From Candidatus Vogelbacteria bacterium (lineage in GTDB: Bacteria > Patescibacteriota > Minisyncoccia > Phycocordibacterales > XYD1-FULL-46-19), in the NCBI GenBank assembly GCA_903864935.1, contig CAIPHT010000006.1, positions 101,198 to 165,197 of the forward strand: a stretch of 64,000 nt of DNA. The letters run 5' to 3'. Below, piece by piece: positions 9,137 to 17,066 of the stretch (positions within the stretch are counted from its first letter, which is position 1; each line of letters opens with the position of its first letter). Position numbers and translations under genes: made by a program. The notes under the pieces are model-generated. The model saw nothing but the letters and a program-made list of their open reading frames with translations, had not been told where the DNA came from and did no database searches.

Positions 9137-9520
9137 TTATTTAGTGACGCAACCGGTATAAGTATTATTGTTACCCTCAGTGATAAAGGCGGTATTGCCC
9201 TTGTTCCAAAAAACAAAACTCTCGTCCCCGTTGGCATAACGCGCGCCATCAGCCGAGATGGCATGGTCAAGTGTCAATTCTCGGCCATCGCTTAACTTTA
9301 GATCAACAGTGCCAGCCCCCGCTTCATAATTATGGAAGCGAGTTTCGACACTCTTGTCTCCAGCGCAAACAAATTTGGCCTTAATGACCTGACCCTCTAC
9401 CCCTTCAGTCTGCAAAATAAAATCAACAAGCTTAGGCAACCACAAACCTCGAGTAAAGACCAGAGCTAAGCCAATAATAATTAGGATCAATAAAACAAGG
9501 CGCAAAATTTTTATAAACAT
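9137..9520 (-). CDS. MliC-family lysozyme-inhibitor-like lipoprotein
   Basis: Signal anchor, two Cys (CAGDKS...GCVTK), GARY..G.ESFVFWNKG motif. Confidence 0.55.
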   Translation of the reverse strand: MFIKILRLVLLILIIIGLALVFTRGLWLPKLVDFILQTEGVEGQVIKAKFVCAGDKSVETRFHNYEAGAGTVDLKLSDGRELTLDHAISADGARYANGDESFVFWNKGNTAFITEGNNNTYTGCVTK

Positions 9521-9540
9521 ATATTTGTATTATATCATTT

Positions 9541-10479
9541 TTATTTTATTCGACACTTTGACTTTAAGGCCGAGAGGTCATCGGTTGTTAATTTGATATT
9601 CAGACCCTCGTTTAAGTAATACATAATTGCCTTGGAGTTATCGAGATGCTCTAAGCCAAGAGCATGCCCCAGCTCATGAGCCAAAACTCGAGTCAATTGA
9701 TCACGGTTATTGAATTGATAAATATCAATTACTGTCCCACTCGCATCACGACGATACTCCCCCTCGTTGAATTGACCGCCAGCTGAATTACCAACATTAT
9801 TATAATTACTAATATGAAGATTGAGAGTTGTCGCCAACTTATTGAGCACCTGCTCAGTTGAATTCAAAGTGCCCACCAATTGATTGAATTTGCCCTGTGC
9901 CTGCTTGAGCCCCTCGGCCAGAGCATTGAGACGAAGTCGCTCTTGATTGAAAGCGAGATACTCCTCTCTCGATGCGCCCCCTCGACGATTAGAGAGTTCA
10001 ACTTCTTGATTATAAGCCTTCTGTTCTGCCTCATAAGACGCAATCCTTGCCTCAATTTGCCCCTTCTGCTCATCATAAGAGGCGAGAAGTGTCTCATACC
10101 TAGCCTTCAGAGTGTCATAAGAGGCACGGTCATTATTGATAACCAAGCCAATTTTCTTAATCGCATCAGTCGCCTTCTGTCTATTATCATAAATAAAATT
10201 AATTTTGAGATCGCCAGTTGGTGAATATTCAAATAATTGCTTGCCCGCGGGAACTTCCCAAATTTTCTCTGCTTGTTCAATCTCGGCCAAGGCCTCATCT
10301 TTTGTCAAATTAAAACGAGGGTCAATCTCTCCCAACGAATAAGTAATGGGCTCGGCACAAGGTTGGGCGAGATTCATCAATTCTCTCGTCAGGCGACCCA
10401 AGTCATCGCGATAACAATAACCAACACCAATTAAAGCGACGAGAAGAATGATGTCTAAAATGTTTCGCCAGAGCCTCAT
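9541..10479 (-). CDS. membrane-anchored matrixin-like zinc metalloprotease (metzincin)
   Basis: HELGHALGLEH zinc-binding motif plus Met-turn AIMYY; N-terminal TM and coiled coil. Confidence 0.75.
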   Translation of the reverse strand: MRLWRNILDIILLVALIGVGYCYRDDLGRLTRELMNLAQPCAEPITYSLGEIDPRFNLTKDEALAEIEQAEKIWEVPAGKQLFEYSPTGDLKINFIYDNRQKATDAIKKIGLVINNDRASYDTLKARYETLLASYDEQKGQIEARIASYEAEQKAYNQEVELSNRRGGASREEYLAFNQERLRLNALAEGLKQAQGKFNQLVGTLNSTEQVLNKLATTLNLHISNYNNVGNSAGGQFNEGEYRRDASGTVIDIYQFNNRDQLTRVLAHELGHALGLEHLDNSKAIMYYLNEGLNIKLTTDDLSALKSKCRIK

Positions 10480-10504
10480 TTGTCAATTATAGCACAAACA
10501 ATTT

Positions 10505-11428
10505 TTACCATTTAAGCGTCGCGAGAATCTTGGCAACCGCCTCGTCGGCTCCAGGGTCACCGAAGTTGGCGCGCTCAAGGTCGCAAGCCGAGTGCTTAGG
10601 TTCGTCATAATTAGCACACTGCACCGAGCGCAAACTGAAGGTGAAGATTATCGTGCGATCACCCTTGTTAAGAGCGTAGGCATAATTCGTATAAGTACTC
10701 CCAGCGGCACCCTCGCTCTCGCGAGTGAGGCAGATAGACTGTTGGGCAATCTCTCGAGTAACTCCCGCGCAAGTATAAGGCCCTTTAACAATCTCAACCT
10801 TAGGTGGCCAATCAACAGTACTGATGTAATTAGTTAAAATATGATCAGGATAATTAAAAGTGACACTCGAGCTACTGTTTTGGACCATTTTTAATTCCTG
10901 GCTCCATAAACTCATCTCGGTGCCAGCGCTAATCTGCCCGGTGGCCGAGTTATAATTAACCCACAAGCTCTTGCCAATAGAAGGAGGTGTCACCATCGGG
11001 TCCGTCAATGCTCGGTCAGCATAATTATAGATCGCTCGCCCCTCACGGACCTCCACGGTCTGAGGCGCAATGCGGTCACCCAAGAGAAGCGCGTTCGTCG
11101 CCACATATTTATCACCCTTATTTATCGCTAAGACGGCATAATAGAAAGTGCCACTCCCCCCAGGGTTACTTACCAAGAGCACGGCGGCATCCTGTTTCCC
11201 ATCACTATTGAAGTCACCATAGACCGGCTGACCAAAAACCTTAAGAGAATCGCCAAGCGCCAAAGTCTCGCCATCAATAACATAAGAAATCTTATTAACA
11301 TCAAGAGAACTCACAACAGGGACAGTCTTACCGCCCGAAGTAACGTTATAACGAATAATCCCTAAGATGACCGCCACAACGGCAATCACTATCACAACCA
11401 TGGCCACTTTTATAAATACTTTGTTCAT
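10505..11428 (-). CDS. hypothetical exported protein
   Basis: 307 aa, N-terminal TM/signal, FNSDGKQDAAV (FG-GAP-like) segment. Confidence 0.55.
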   Translation of the reverse strand: MNKVFIKVAMVVIVIAVVAVILGIIRYNVTSGGKTVPVVSSLDVNKISYVIDGETLALGDSLKVFGQPVYGDFNSDGKQDAAVLLVSNPGGSGTFYYAVLAINKGDKYVATNALLLGDRIAPQTVEVREGRAIYNYADRALTDPMVTPPSIGKSLWVNYNSATGQISAGTEMSLWSQELKMVQNSSSSVTFNYPDHILTNYISTVDWPPKVEIVKGPYTCAGVTREIAQQSICLTRESEGAAGSTYTNYAYALNKGDRTIIFTFSLRSVQCANYDEPKHSACDLERANFGDPGADEAVAKILATLKW

Positions 11429-11466
11429 ATATGGCTAGAGACGAGGCTCATCCTCATAAATTACAC

Positions 11467-11898
11467 TTAGCGATTTAGGTAAGTAACTGTTAATTGCAAA
11501 ACAGTGGCAAAGGAGACCCAGAGTAGGTATGGGATTTGCAGATAGAAAATCCACATTATGCTTGACCCGCCTTCGCTCACGAGCTTCGACGAGGCGAAGA
11601 AAATAGCGAGCATTGCCCAGATGAGCGTGGCGAGAATAAGCAATATATCAGCAGCCGCCAAAAGATTATTCTTCAGGCCAAATTGAAGCGGAGTAAAAGC
11701 GAAATTGAAGATTAGGTTCAAGAGAAACGGTAAAGCAACCACTAGGCCAATCTTCCCTTGCCAAGCCAGATAGAAAACCTTGCCAAAGGAAACAGCGATC
11801 AGACAATAGAGGAAGGTCCACACGGGGCCAAAAAGCCACGATGGTGGCGACCAAGTCGGTTTGATAATTGTTGAGTACCAGTTATAAGAGTTATTCAT
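11467..11898 (-). CDS. tspO: TspO/MBR tryptophan-rich sensory protein
   Basis: KPTWSPPSWLFGPVWTFLY ... LQIPYLLWVSFATVLQ, five TM helices. Confidence 0.85.
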   Translation of the reverse strand: MNNSYNWYSTIIKPTWSPPSWLFGPVWTFLYCLIAVSFGKVFYLAWQGKIGLVVALPFLLNLIFNFAFTPLQFGLKNNLLAAADILLILATLIWAMLAIFFASSKLVSEGGSSIMWIFYLQIPYLLWVSFATVLQLTVTYLNR

Positions 11899-12086
11899 AT
11901 CTCAATATTATACCACTAAAATTTCTTATCAAGACAAAAGCCGACTCCCAATGGGCGAAGTCGGCCAAATTTCGAACCTCAAAACCTAGACTTTAGCTAT
12001 GCGACCTAGGTGGTGTCGCGTGCAAAGAACAAAAAACTCGAGCAAAATAAGGACGTCAGAAATTTGGCCTTAGTATCTCAACTTAC

Positions 12087-12287
12087 TTAGTGGTTATTTT
12101 TATAACCTGCGTCGTAAGCCTCCCTCTCTTCAGGGTCCGCTGGAGGATTATAGTGAACAGTGTCTCCTAAAAATCCAAAGCTCAGCAAACTTGCTACAAA
12201 ACCGGCTGAGGTACTCGGGGTGTTATCATCCTTCACCCTGTCTCCCTGTCCCTGATTGTTAGCCTCAGTGATCCTGTCTTTTTCCAT
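12087..12287 (-). CDS. hypothetical small protein (66 aa)
   Basis: ORF with a downstream hairpin plus T-run at about 11941-11975 on the minus strand. Confidence 0.25.
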   Translation of the reverse strand: MEKDRITEANNQGQGDRVKDDNTPSTSAGFVASLLSFGFLGDTVHYNPPADPEEREAYDAGYKNNH

Positions 12288-12499
12288 AGCCTTCTTGTGT
12301 CCTTCTCATCTCGCTCTCAAAGAGCTACGTTTCTTACACTGAGAAAGTTTTTGCAACAGAGCAAAACTCACTCAGATCTAATTTTAGAATAACACAAATA
12401 GAAAAAATAAACAAATTTGACTTTTAATTTAACTTATTCCATATTTAATCCGGAAACTTTGTCACAAAACCACAACCCAAACCATAAGGAAAAACACCG

Positions 12500-13147
12500 A
12501 TGGAAGAAGAGCTCCTTGCAATATTCGACTCCGACGGGGTCAAGGTCAACTCTTGGCCCCCTCACCACCAGTTCAAGACTGACATGGCTGAGAAATACCA
12601 GCCAGGGTTGGTCATCCCACCCCTCGCCGAGAGCTATCACCTCGTTGCCAACGGGATGATAAACGTCCTTCTCAAAGCGGGCTTCGACAAAGAGATCGCC
12701 GAAGTGATCATCCGCGAAGAATACAGCCACTTCGCCGATAATTACCCCTGCCCCCTCTTCCCCGGAGTAAGCGAGACGGTCAAGATGCTCAGTCTGTATA
12801 TGAATCTCGCCCTCGTCTCCTCGAACGAAGCGGCCAATGTCAGGAAGGTTCTCGGTCCGGCCCTGACGCCGTACTACAAACCCTTCGTGACAATGGAGAA
12901 TTTCCCTCAGGGAGGAAAAGCGGCAGGCATTCGTCACTGTCTCGAATTTCACGGCCTCACCCCCGACAAAGCCGTCTATGTCGGAGACACCATGAGCGAC
13001 AAGAAGGCGGCCGACGAAGTGGGAGTCTTCTTCATCGCCGCCGGCTATGGCTGGCAAATTCGCCCCGAAGGCGACCACCCCTTCCCCGTGGCGAAATCCT
13101 TCCCTGAAGTCGGGGGAATCATTCTCTCCCACTTTGGACTTGCCTAA
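12500..13147 (+). CDS. HAD-superfamily hydrolase
   Basis: Motif I FDSDGV, motif IV VGDTMSDKKAADEVG; local GC about 57%. The opposite-strand ORF 12434..13132 is treated as an antisense artefact. Confidence 0.75.
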   Translation: MEEELLAIFDSDGVKVNSWPPHHQFKTDMAEKYQPGLVIPPLAESYHLVANGMINVLLKAGFDKEIAEVIIREEYSHFADNYPCPLFPGVSETVKMLSLYMNLALVSSNEAANVRKVLGPALTPYYKPFVTMENFPQGGKAAGIRHCLEFHGLTPDKAVYVGDTMSDKKAADEVGVFFIAAGYGWQIRPEGDHPFPVAKSFPEVGGIILSHFGLA

Positions 13148-13167
13148 CCCCTAAAAAGACCGCCAGT

Positions 13168-13207
13168 GGCCGTTGTCTCATCACGAGACAACGGCCATGT
13201 TTTTTTA
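13168..13207 (+). terminator. rho-independent terminator after the HAD gene
   Basis: ggccgttgtctc atcac gagacaacggcc followed by atgttttttt. Confidence 0.75.
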
Positions 13208-13221
13208 TTTAAAAATCATGA

Positions 13222-13274
13222 CACACCAAAGCTATTTCCCTTCATACCAACAAACTCCAGTTTGTAAGGATGTT
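13222..13274. repeat. direct repeat, copy 1 (acaccaaagctatt..tcataccaacaaactccagtttgtaaggatgtt; contains 16-bp palindrome ACAAACTCCAGTTTGT)
   Basis: Near-identical to 13612-13663, 13853-13887 and 14432-14467. Confidence 0.8.
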
Positions 13275-13312
13275 AAATCAAAAAAAATAAATGAGACTAA
13301 ATTAAAATTAGG

Positions 13313-13618
13313 TTATGGTAGCGAGCGGAAGGTTTTGAGAAAATCGGCAAAGACTTTGCCGTAGGGCGAGAGCTCGTGCAGGACAAATTTGCCCTGATAT
13401 TTCTTATTGATTAGACCAGCGATATTGAGTCGTCTTGCGTGCTCCCCAATCGTCTTCTCATTAGCCTTAATTAGCTCAATAATCTCCTCCAGCGTTATCC
13501 GCGGATGGGACGCAACGGCAAGAAGAATCTCAATTCGATAGTGATTGGCGAGGCCTTTCAGATGGCGCTCCATTTGCTTGGACGTTTTTAATTTGCTCAT
13601 GACAATATTATACACCAA
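13313..13618 (-). CDS. ArsR/SmtB-family winged-helix transcriptional regulator
   Basis: HYRIEILLAVASHPRITLEEIIELI..EHARRLNIAGLI (HTH); 101 aa. Confidence 0.75.
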   Translation of the reverse strand: MVYNIVMSKLKTSKQMERHLKGLANHYRIEILLAVASHPRITLEEIIELIKANEKTIGEHARRLNIAGLINKKYQGKFVLHELSPYGKVFADFLKTFRSLP

Positions 13619-13663
13619 AGCTATTCCCTCTCATACCAACAAACTCCAGTTTGTAAGGATGTT
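13612..13663. promoter_or_regulatory. direct repeat, copy 2, immediately upstream of the arsR-like start; candidate operator/promoter (tataat 6 nt before the ATG on minus)
   Basis: Palindrome ACAAACTCCAGTTTGT. On the minus strand the order is ...ttacaaactggagtttgttggtatgagagggaatagctttggtgTATAATattgtcATG. Confidence 0.5.
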
Positions 13664-13852
13664 AATTAAGTTGAAAAAAAAGAAGGCCCCGCGAAGACCG
13701 GAGTGTCTTCGCGGGGCGGCACTAACTGCCGTTACAGCAGTGCGCAACAGTCCTGAGCGTGTAACGCTTCATGACGAGGGCTCCTCATGGTTAATCCTCT
13801 CCTCTATTATCATTATAGCATAGTCGTCAAGCCCTCCCTCAAAGACGATCCT

Positions 13853-13887
13853 TCTCATACCAACAAACTCCAGTTTGTAAGGATGTT
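13853..13887. repeat. direct repeat, copy 3
   Basis: tctcataccaacaaactccagtttgtaaggatgtt, followed by a partial echo gaggatgttta. Confidence 0.75.
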
Positions 13888-13906
13888 TAAATTTGAGTGA
13901 GGATGT

Positions 13907-14410
13907 TTATTTATAGATGGCGATGAGTTGGCGGAGGATGAGTGATTGAGGGGTGATCTCTTCGCCAGGGAAATCGAACCAAACTCGCAAAAAATCTTCT
14001 CGCTTAATCTTCCTCTCCCCGCCAATCTCCGGATCTTGAAGATAGATATAATCATCATCAAGCCCCGACACCACCGAGTAATGACCGTCGGGCACCTCCG
14101 AATCATCATAATCTTGTCGCCCCCGAGTGAACCAATTCACAATGACCGGTGTCCCCTTCTCGAGCCACTCCTCAATCTCCGCAAAATTGCTCTCATTCTT
14201 AATCTCCGCCCTGAAGCCAAGAGACTCTGCCGCTCGGACTATATCTTTGTCGCTAATGCCCAGATCAGAGACTAGACCTGTCAACTCGGCCAATTCTTTC
14301 TCCGTTTTCTCAACGCCATAATAATCCAAGACAATCTTAAGCGAAGCCGACCCGCACATCCCCGCATGCAAGGTTTCTTGAAAAGGTTTAATGGCTAGAT
14401 GTTTGTTCAT
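13907..14410 (-). CDS. peptidase C39-like domain protein (cytoplasmic, 167 aa)
   Basis: HAGMCGSASLKIVLDYYG, the classical C39 active-site Cys context. Confidence 0.6.
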   Translation of the reverse strand: MNKHLAIKPFQETLHAGMCGSASLKIVLDYYGVEKTEKELAELTGLVSDLGISDKDIVRAAESLGFRAEIKNESNFAEIEEWLEKGTPVIVNWFTRGRQDYDDSEVPDGHYSVVSGLDDDYIYLQDPEIGGERKIKREDFLRVWFDFPGEEITPQSLILRQLIAIYK

Positions 14411-14431
14411 GAGATTATTTTACCTCAGTCT

Positions 14432-14467
14432 CCTCATCCCAACAAACTCCAGTTTGTAAGGATGTTT
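14432..14467. promoter_or_regulatory. direct repeat, copy 4, upstream of the C39-like gene
   Basis: cctcatcccaacaaactccagtttgtaaggatgttt. Confidence 0.5.
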
Positions 14468-14498
14468 AGGCTTTTTTCTTTCTTCTCCCCTTTTCCCT

Positions 14499-14531
14499 GA
14501 AGTCGTATCTCGCGTAGCCCGATCCGACTTC
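14499..14531. repeat. GC-rich palindromic element, type A (gaagtcgtatctcgcgtagcccgatccgacttc; reverse orientation)
   Basis: Its reverse complement differs by 1 nt from the copies inside holB (48394-48426) and fmt (57638-57670). It directly abuts the stop codon of gene 14532..15230. Confidence 0.8.
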
Positions 14532-15230
14532 TTAGCTTACTATTTTTTTCTTAATGTCTTGAGTTAGAGTTTCAGGAGCATAAGAATAACTTACCGGGAC
14601 ACGCAGAATCGGAAGGCAGGCTTCCCTAAGAGATTTCTCAATATTCTCGTCACGTTCCACTCTATCGCTTCGTTGGTGTGAGCGATCGTCAAGTTCGATA
14701 ACAAGGACAGGTTTCAGATTTGTTTTTTCGCAAATAACAAAGTCCATCTCTCGTGATTTGATAGTATTTCTTAAGCCATAACGATTTTCCGCTTCAAACT
14801 TCACGCCGATTAGTGCTTCTAGTCTGACTTTAGATTGAATAACCCAGTTATTATCTACCGCAATTTTTTCTAAAACTTGATAAAAATTACTTTCTGCTTT
14901 TGAGAGAAACTCCTTTTTGTAAAAATTCGGCTCCTGATTTTCAACGACAACAGGCACAGGTTCTTCATTTGAGATAGTAAGATTAGAAATCTCAGACCTT
15001 CTTTTGTTAAAACTTAGCAAAGAAATTAAACCGTCCAAACCTCTTTTGGCAATAACAATAGGTATAACCAGTGTGACAAATATAGCGGCAAGAGAAAAGA
15101 TTACAATCAAACCATTCTTCGCCCCAAAAAGCCAAAGAATACTCCCAAAAATTAAAATAGTTATAATGGCTCCCGTTTGGTCAATTTTGACAGTTCCCCC
15201 TCGAGGATAGCGTCGATAATATCTTCTCAT
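14532..15230 (-). CDS. membrane-anchored DUF2726-like (PD-(D/E)xK-type) protein
   Basis: Two N-terminal TM helices, then FYQVLEKI...REMDFVICEKTNLKPVLVIELDDRSHQ..D, typical of DUF2726 nuclease-like domains. Confidence 0.55.
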   Translation of the reverse strand: MRRYYRRYPRGGTVKIDQTGAIITILIFGSILWLFGAKNGLIVIFSLAAIFVTLVIPIVIAKRGLDGLISLLSFNKRRSEISNLTISNEEPVPVVVENQEPNFYKKEFLSKAESNFYQVLEKIAVDNNWVIQSKVRLEALIGVKFEAENRYGLRNTIKSREMDFVICEKTNLKPVLVIELDDRSHQRSDRVERDENIEKSLREACLPILRVPVSYSYAPETLTQDIKKKIVS

Positions 15231-15271
15231 ATGTTTATTTTACCTCTTATGATAAGAATTGCCACTCCCCC

Positions 15272-15307
15272 GAAGTCGTACTTCAAGTGAGCCCGAAGTC
15301 CGACTTC
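15272..15307. repeat. GC-rich palindromic element, type B (gaagtcgtacttcaagtgagcccgaagtccgacttc)
   Basis: Same architecture as the copy inside eno (62427-62462): gaagtNNNacttc-aagtgagccc-gaagtNNNacttc. Confidence 0.75.
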
Positions 15308-15371
15308 TTAGGTTTCAGTTATTATGACACATTTTACCCTTGAGACGAGGTCCGACCTCGTTTCTCCTCAA

Positions 15372-15383
15372 GGGGGGGGGGGG
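15372..15383. repeat. homopolymeric G12 tract followed by tgaagttggacctcgcc
   Basis: 12 consecutive G, directly 3' of the stop of gene 15401..16084 (minus). A similar G10+tgaatttcaacctcacc sits at 19888-19915. Confidence 0.8.
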
Positions 15384-15400
15384 TGAAGTTGGACCTCGCC

Positions 15401-16084
15401 TTATTTATCCCCCATTTTCTTGCTATCTAACCAATTTTTATAAATGACATCAATTTCTTTATTTTGCTCTTGGGTAAGATCATTAACAAATCCCCCTTCT
15501 TTAGGCATCTCATCAATAGTTAGCGCTTGTTTAACATAATCAAACAATAAGCGTCTTTTAGCTTCGGGGTCACATAAATTTATTCCTTCATAAGCTAACA
15601 TAGAAATTCTTCCGTGGGCTAAGTCATTTCTTATTTCCTTTACTTTTCTCAAAAACTTAGTGTGTTCACTTTTCCCACACAATTTTTCTACTATATCTAT
15701 CCGATCATTAAAATATATTTTCCCTTGATCATAATCTGGGTGGTCAGGATCTACTTTTTCAAAAGAAATACCGTGATATTTTTTTATGAAATCCAAAAGT
15801 TCGACCGGGGTCTTCCCAAGAGCTTCCTCCATATTTTTAAAAGATACCTTAAGAATATTATCTAAATCTCTCTCTACCGCGTGACAAAACCAAAAAGCAA
15901 ATTGCACAGTAAGAATTTCTTCACTAGATAGCCCCATCATTGTTTGGGGAATAAATAGATTAAAATCAATTGCCTCAAACTTAGACAACCTATCCTTAAT
16001 GTTATCGAAATCATGTTTATTCACAATACTAATTTTAGTCTGATTCAAGAAATATTCGGGTAAAATTACTGGCATTTCTTTCAT
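15401..16084 (-). CDS. HEPN-domain protein (Abi-like)
   Basis: R-x4-H motif EIRNDLAHGR near the C-terminus, all-alpha; 227 aa. Overlaps the upstream gene by 50 nt. Confidence 0.5.
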   Translation of the reverse strand: MKEMPVILPEYFLNQTKISIVNKHDFDNIKDRLSKFEAIDFNLFIPQTMMGLSSEEILTVQFAFWFCHAVERDLDNILKVSFKNMEEALGKTPVELLDFIKKYHGISFEKVDPDHPDYDQGKIYFNDRIDIVEKLCGKSEHTKFLRKVKEIRNDLAHGRISMLAYEGINLCDPEAKRRLLFDYVKQALTIDEMPKEGGFVNDLTQEQNKEIDVIYKNWLDSKKMGDK

Positions 16085-17042
16085 CTTTTGGAAATAACAA
16101 GAAGGTGTTCATCTTCTCTTTTGTAAATTCAAAATTAATTTCATGGGGAAAAACATAATCAGCACCAAAGGAAATATACATATAAGCCCCTTCGGTTAGG
16201 TCTTTTTTAGACAAACTTAATTCTATCAAAAAAGGATTTATTATTTGTTGCGGGCCCAATTTGTGTTTGTCAGTGATGAGATTTAAGCCAAAACCAAACA
16301 TATTCCAACCAGTAAAAAGGCCTATTTGGGATGTTTTTTCTAAGGTAGAATTAATCCCCCCGGAAGTATAATTTATCCAAATGTCTCTTAAGACGCCATT
16401 TCCTTTATTTTGTATAACTAAACCGAAGCGACAAATAATTTTCTCCTCGTCCTCAAAATAGCTATCACCTTGGCTAACAGACCACCAGTAAATTAGCTCG
16501 GAAAGCCTTTGTCGATTATAAAGGCTAGAGATTATATCATGACTAGCAACAACAAAATCAGAACCAGACCTAACATAATATTTGCCCGGAATATCTTTTA
16601 TCTTTAGAGAGGGATTTACTTGAACTGGTGAGAAATAATATTTAGGTATTTCAGTGATTACATAACCATCCCCATTTTCATTTTTTATAGAAAAAGAATT
16701 AACTTCTTGCAAGATTGGCAATGATAATTTAGAGACCGCATTATTTAGTAAACCGACAAAATTATCGGGGTTTTTGACTGGATTTTTACAAAAAGTATTA
16801 TCCCCGTTATCTGTAATACCCCAAACAATTAAGCCTCCAGAAGTATTAGAGAAGCCAGATATTGCTTTGGCCAGATTTTTACGATCACTTTCACTCAAAA
16901 CCATTGATTTTTCTGAAATAGAGATATTTTTATAATCAATATAAAAATTTTCTTGATCACCTAAAATTAAAAGATTATCTATCGCTAAAACGCCCCTTGA
17001 TTTAAAACTTTCTAGCTCATTTTTGTAAGATTTAGATTCCAC
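16035..17042 (-). CDS. AlbA_2 (Schlafen-like) domain protein
   Basis: N-terminal ESKSYKNELESFKSRG...LAKAISGFSNTSGGLIVWGITDNG matches the AlbA_2/Schlafen core; 335 aa. Confidence 0.55.
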   Translation of the reverse strand: MESKSYKNELESFKSRGVLAIDNLLILGDQENFYIDYKNISISEKSMVLSESDRKNLAKAISGFSNTSGGLIVWGITDNGDNTFCKNPVKNPDNFVGLLNNAVSKLSLPILQEVNSFSIKNENGDGYVITEIPKYYFSPVQVNPSLKIKDIPGKYYVRSGSDFVVASHDIISSLYNRQRLSELIYWWSVSQGDSYFEDEEKIICRFGLVIQNKGNGVLRDIWINYTSGGINSTLEKTSQIGLFTGWNMFGFGLNLITDKHKLGPQQIINPFLIELSLSKKDLTEGAYMYISFGADYVFPHEINFEFTKEKMNTFLLFPKDERNASNFTRIFLESD

Positions 17043-17066
17043 TGTTTTACAAATTTTTCATATTTT

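Noticed and set aside
8895-9144. 80-aa ORFs on both strands
   Set aside because: They are mirror ORFs in a GC-rich structured region that ends in an intrinsic terminator. Interpreted as ncRNA. tmRNA was rejected (no tRNA-like 3' end or CCA pairing, no tag ORF). RNase P was rejected (no P4 GGAAAGUCCGG).
11990-12060. tRNA-like GGTTCGAAAT motif on the minus strand
   Set aside because: No acceptor/T-stem complementarity. It cannot be folded into a cloverleaf.
12434-13132. 232-aa ORF on the minus strand
   Set aside because: It exactly mirrors the HAD hydrolase ORF on the + strand, which has clear HAD motifs and a downstream + terminator. Taken as an antisense artefact of a GC-rich gene.
13686-13718. 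Strong GC hairpin gccccgcgaagac...gtcttcgcggggc, considered as a separate ncRNA gene
   Set aside because: No flanking promoter or conserved context is visible. Kept only as part of the repeat-island observation.
13222-14467. Possible CRISPR array or integron cassette array (4 regularly recurring repeats)
   Set aside because: Spacers are 230-580 bp, unequal and gene-containing. The repeats are nearly identical to each other, unlike attC sites. No cas or intI genes. Operator/promoter repeats are more parsimonious.
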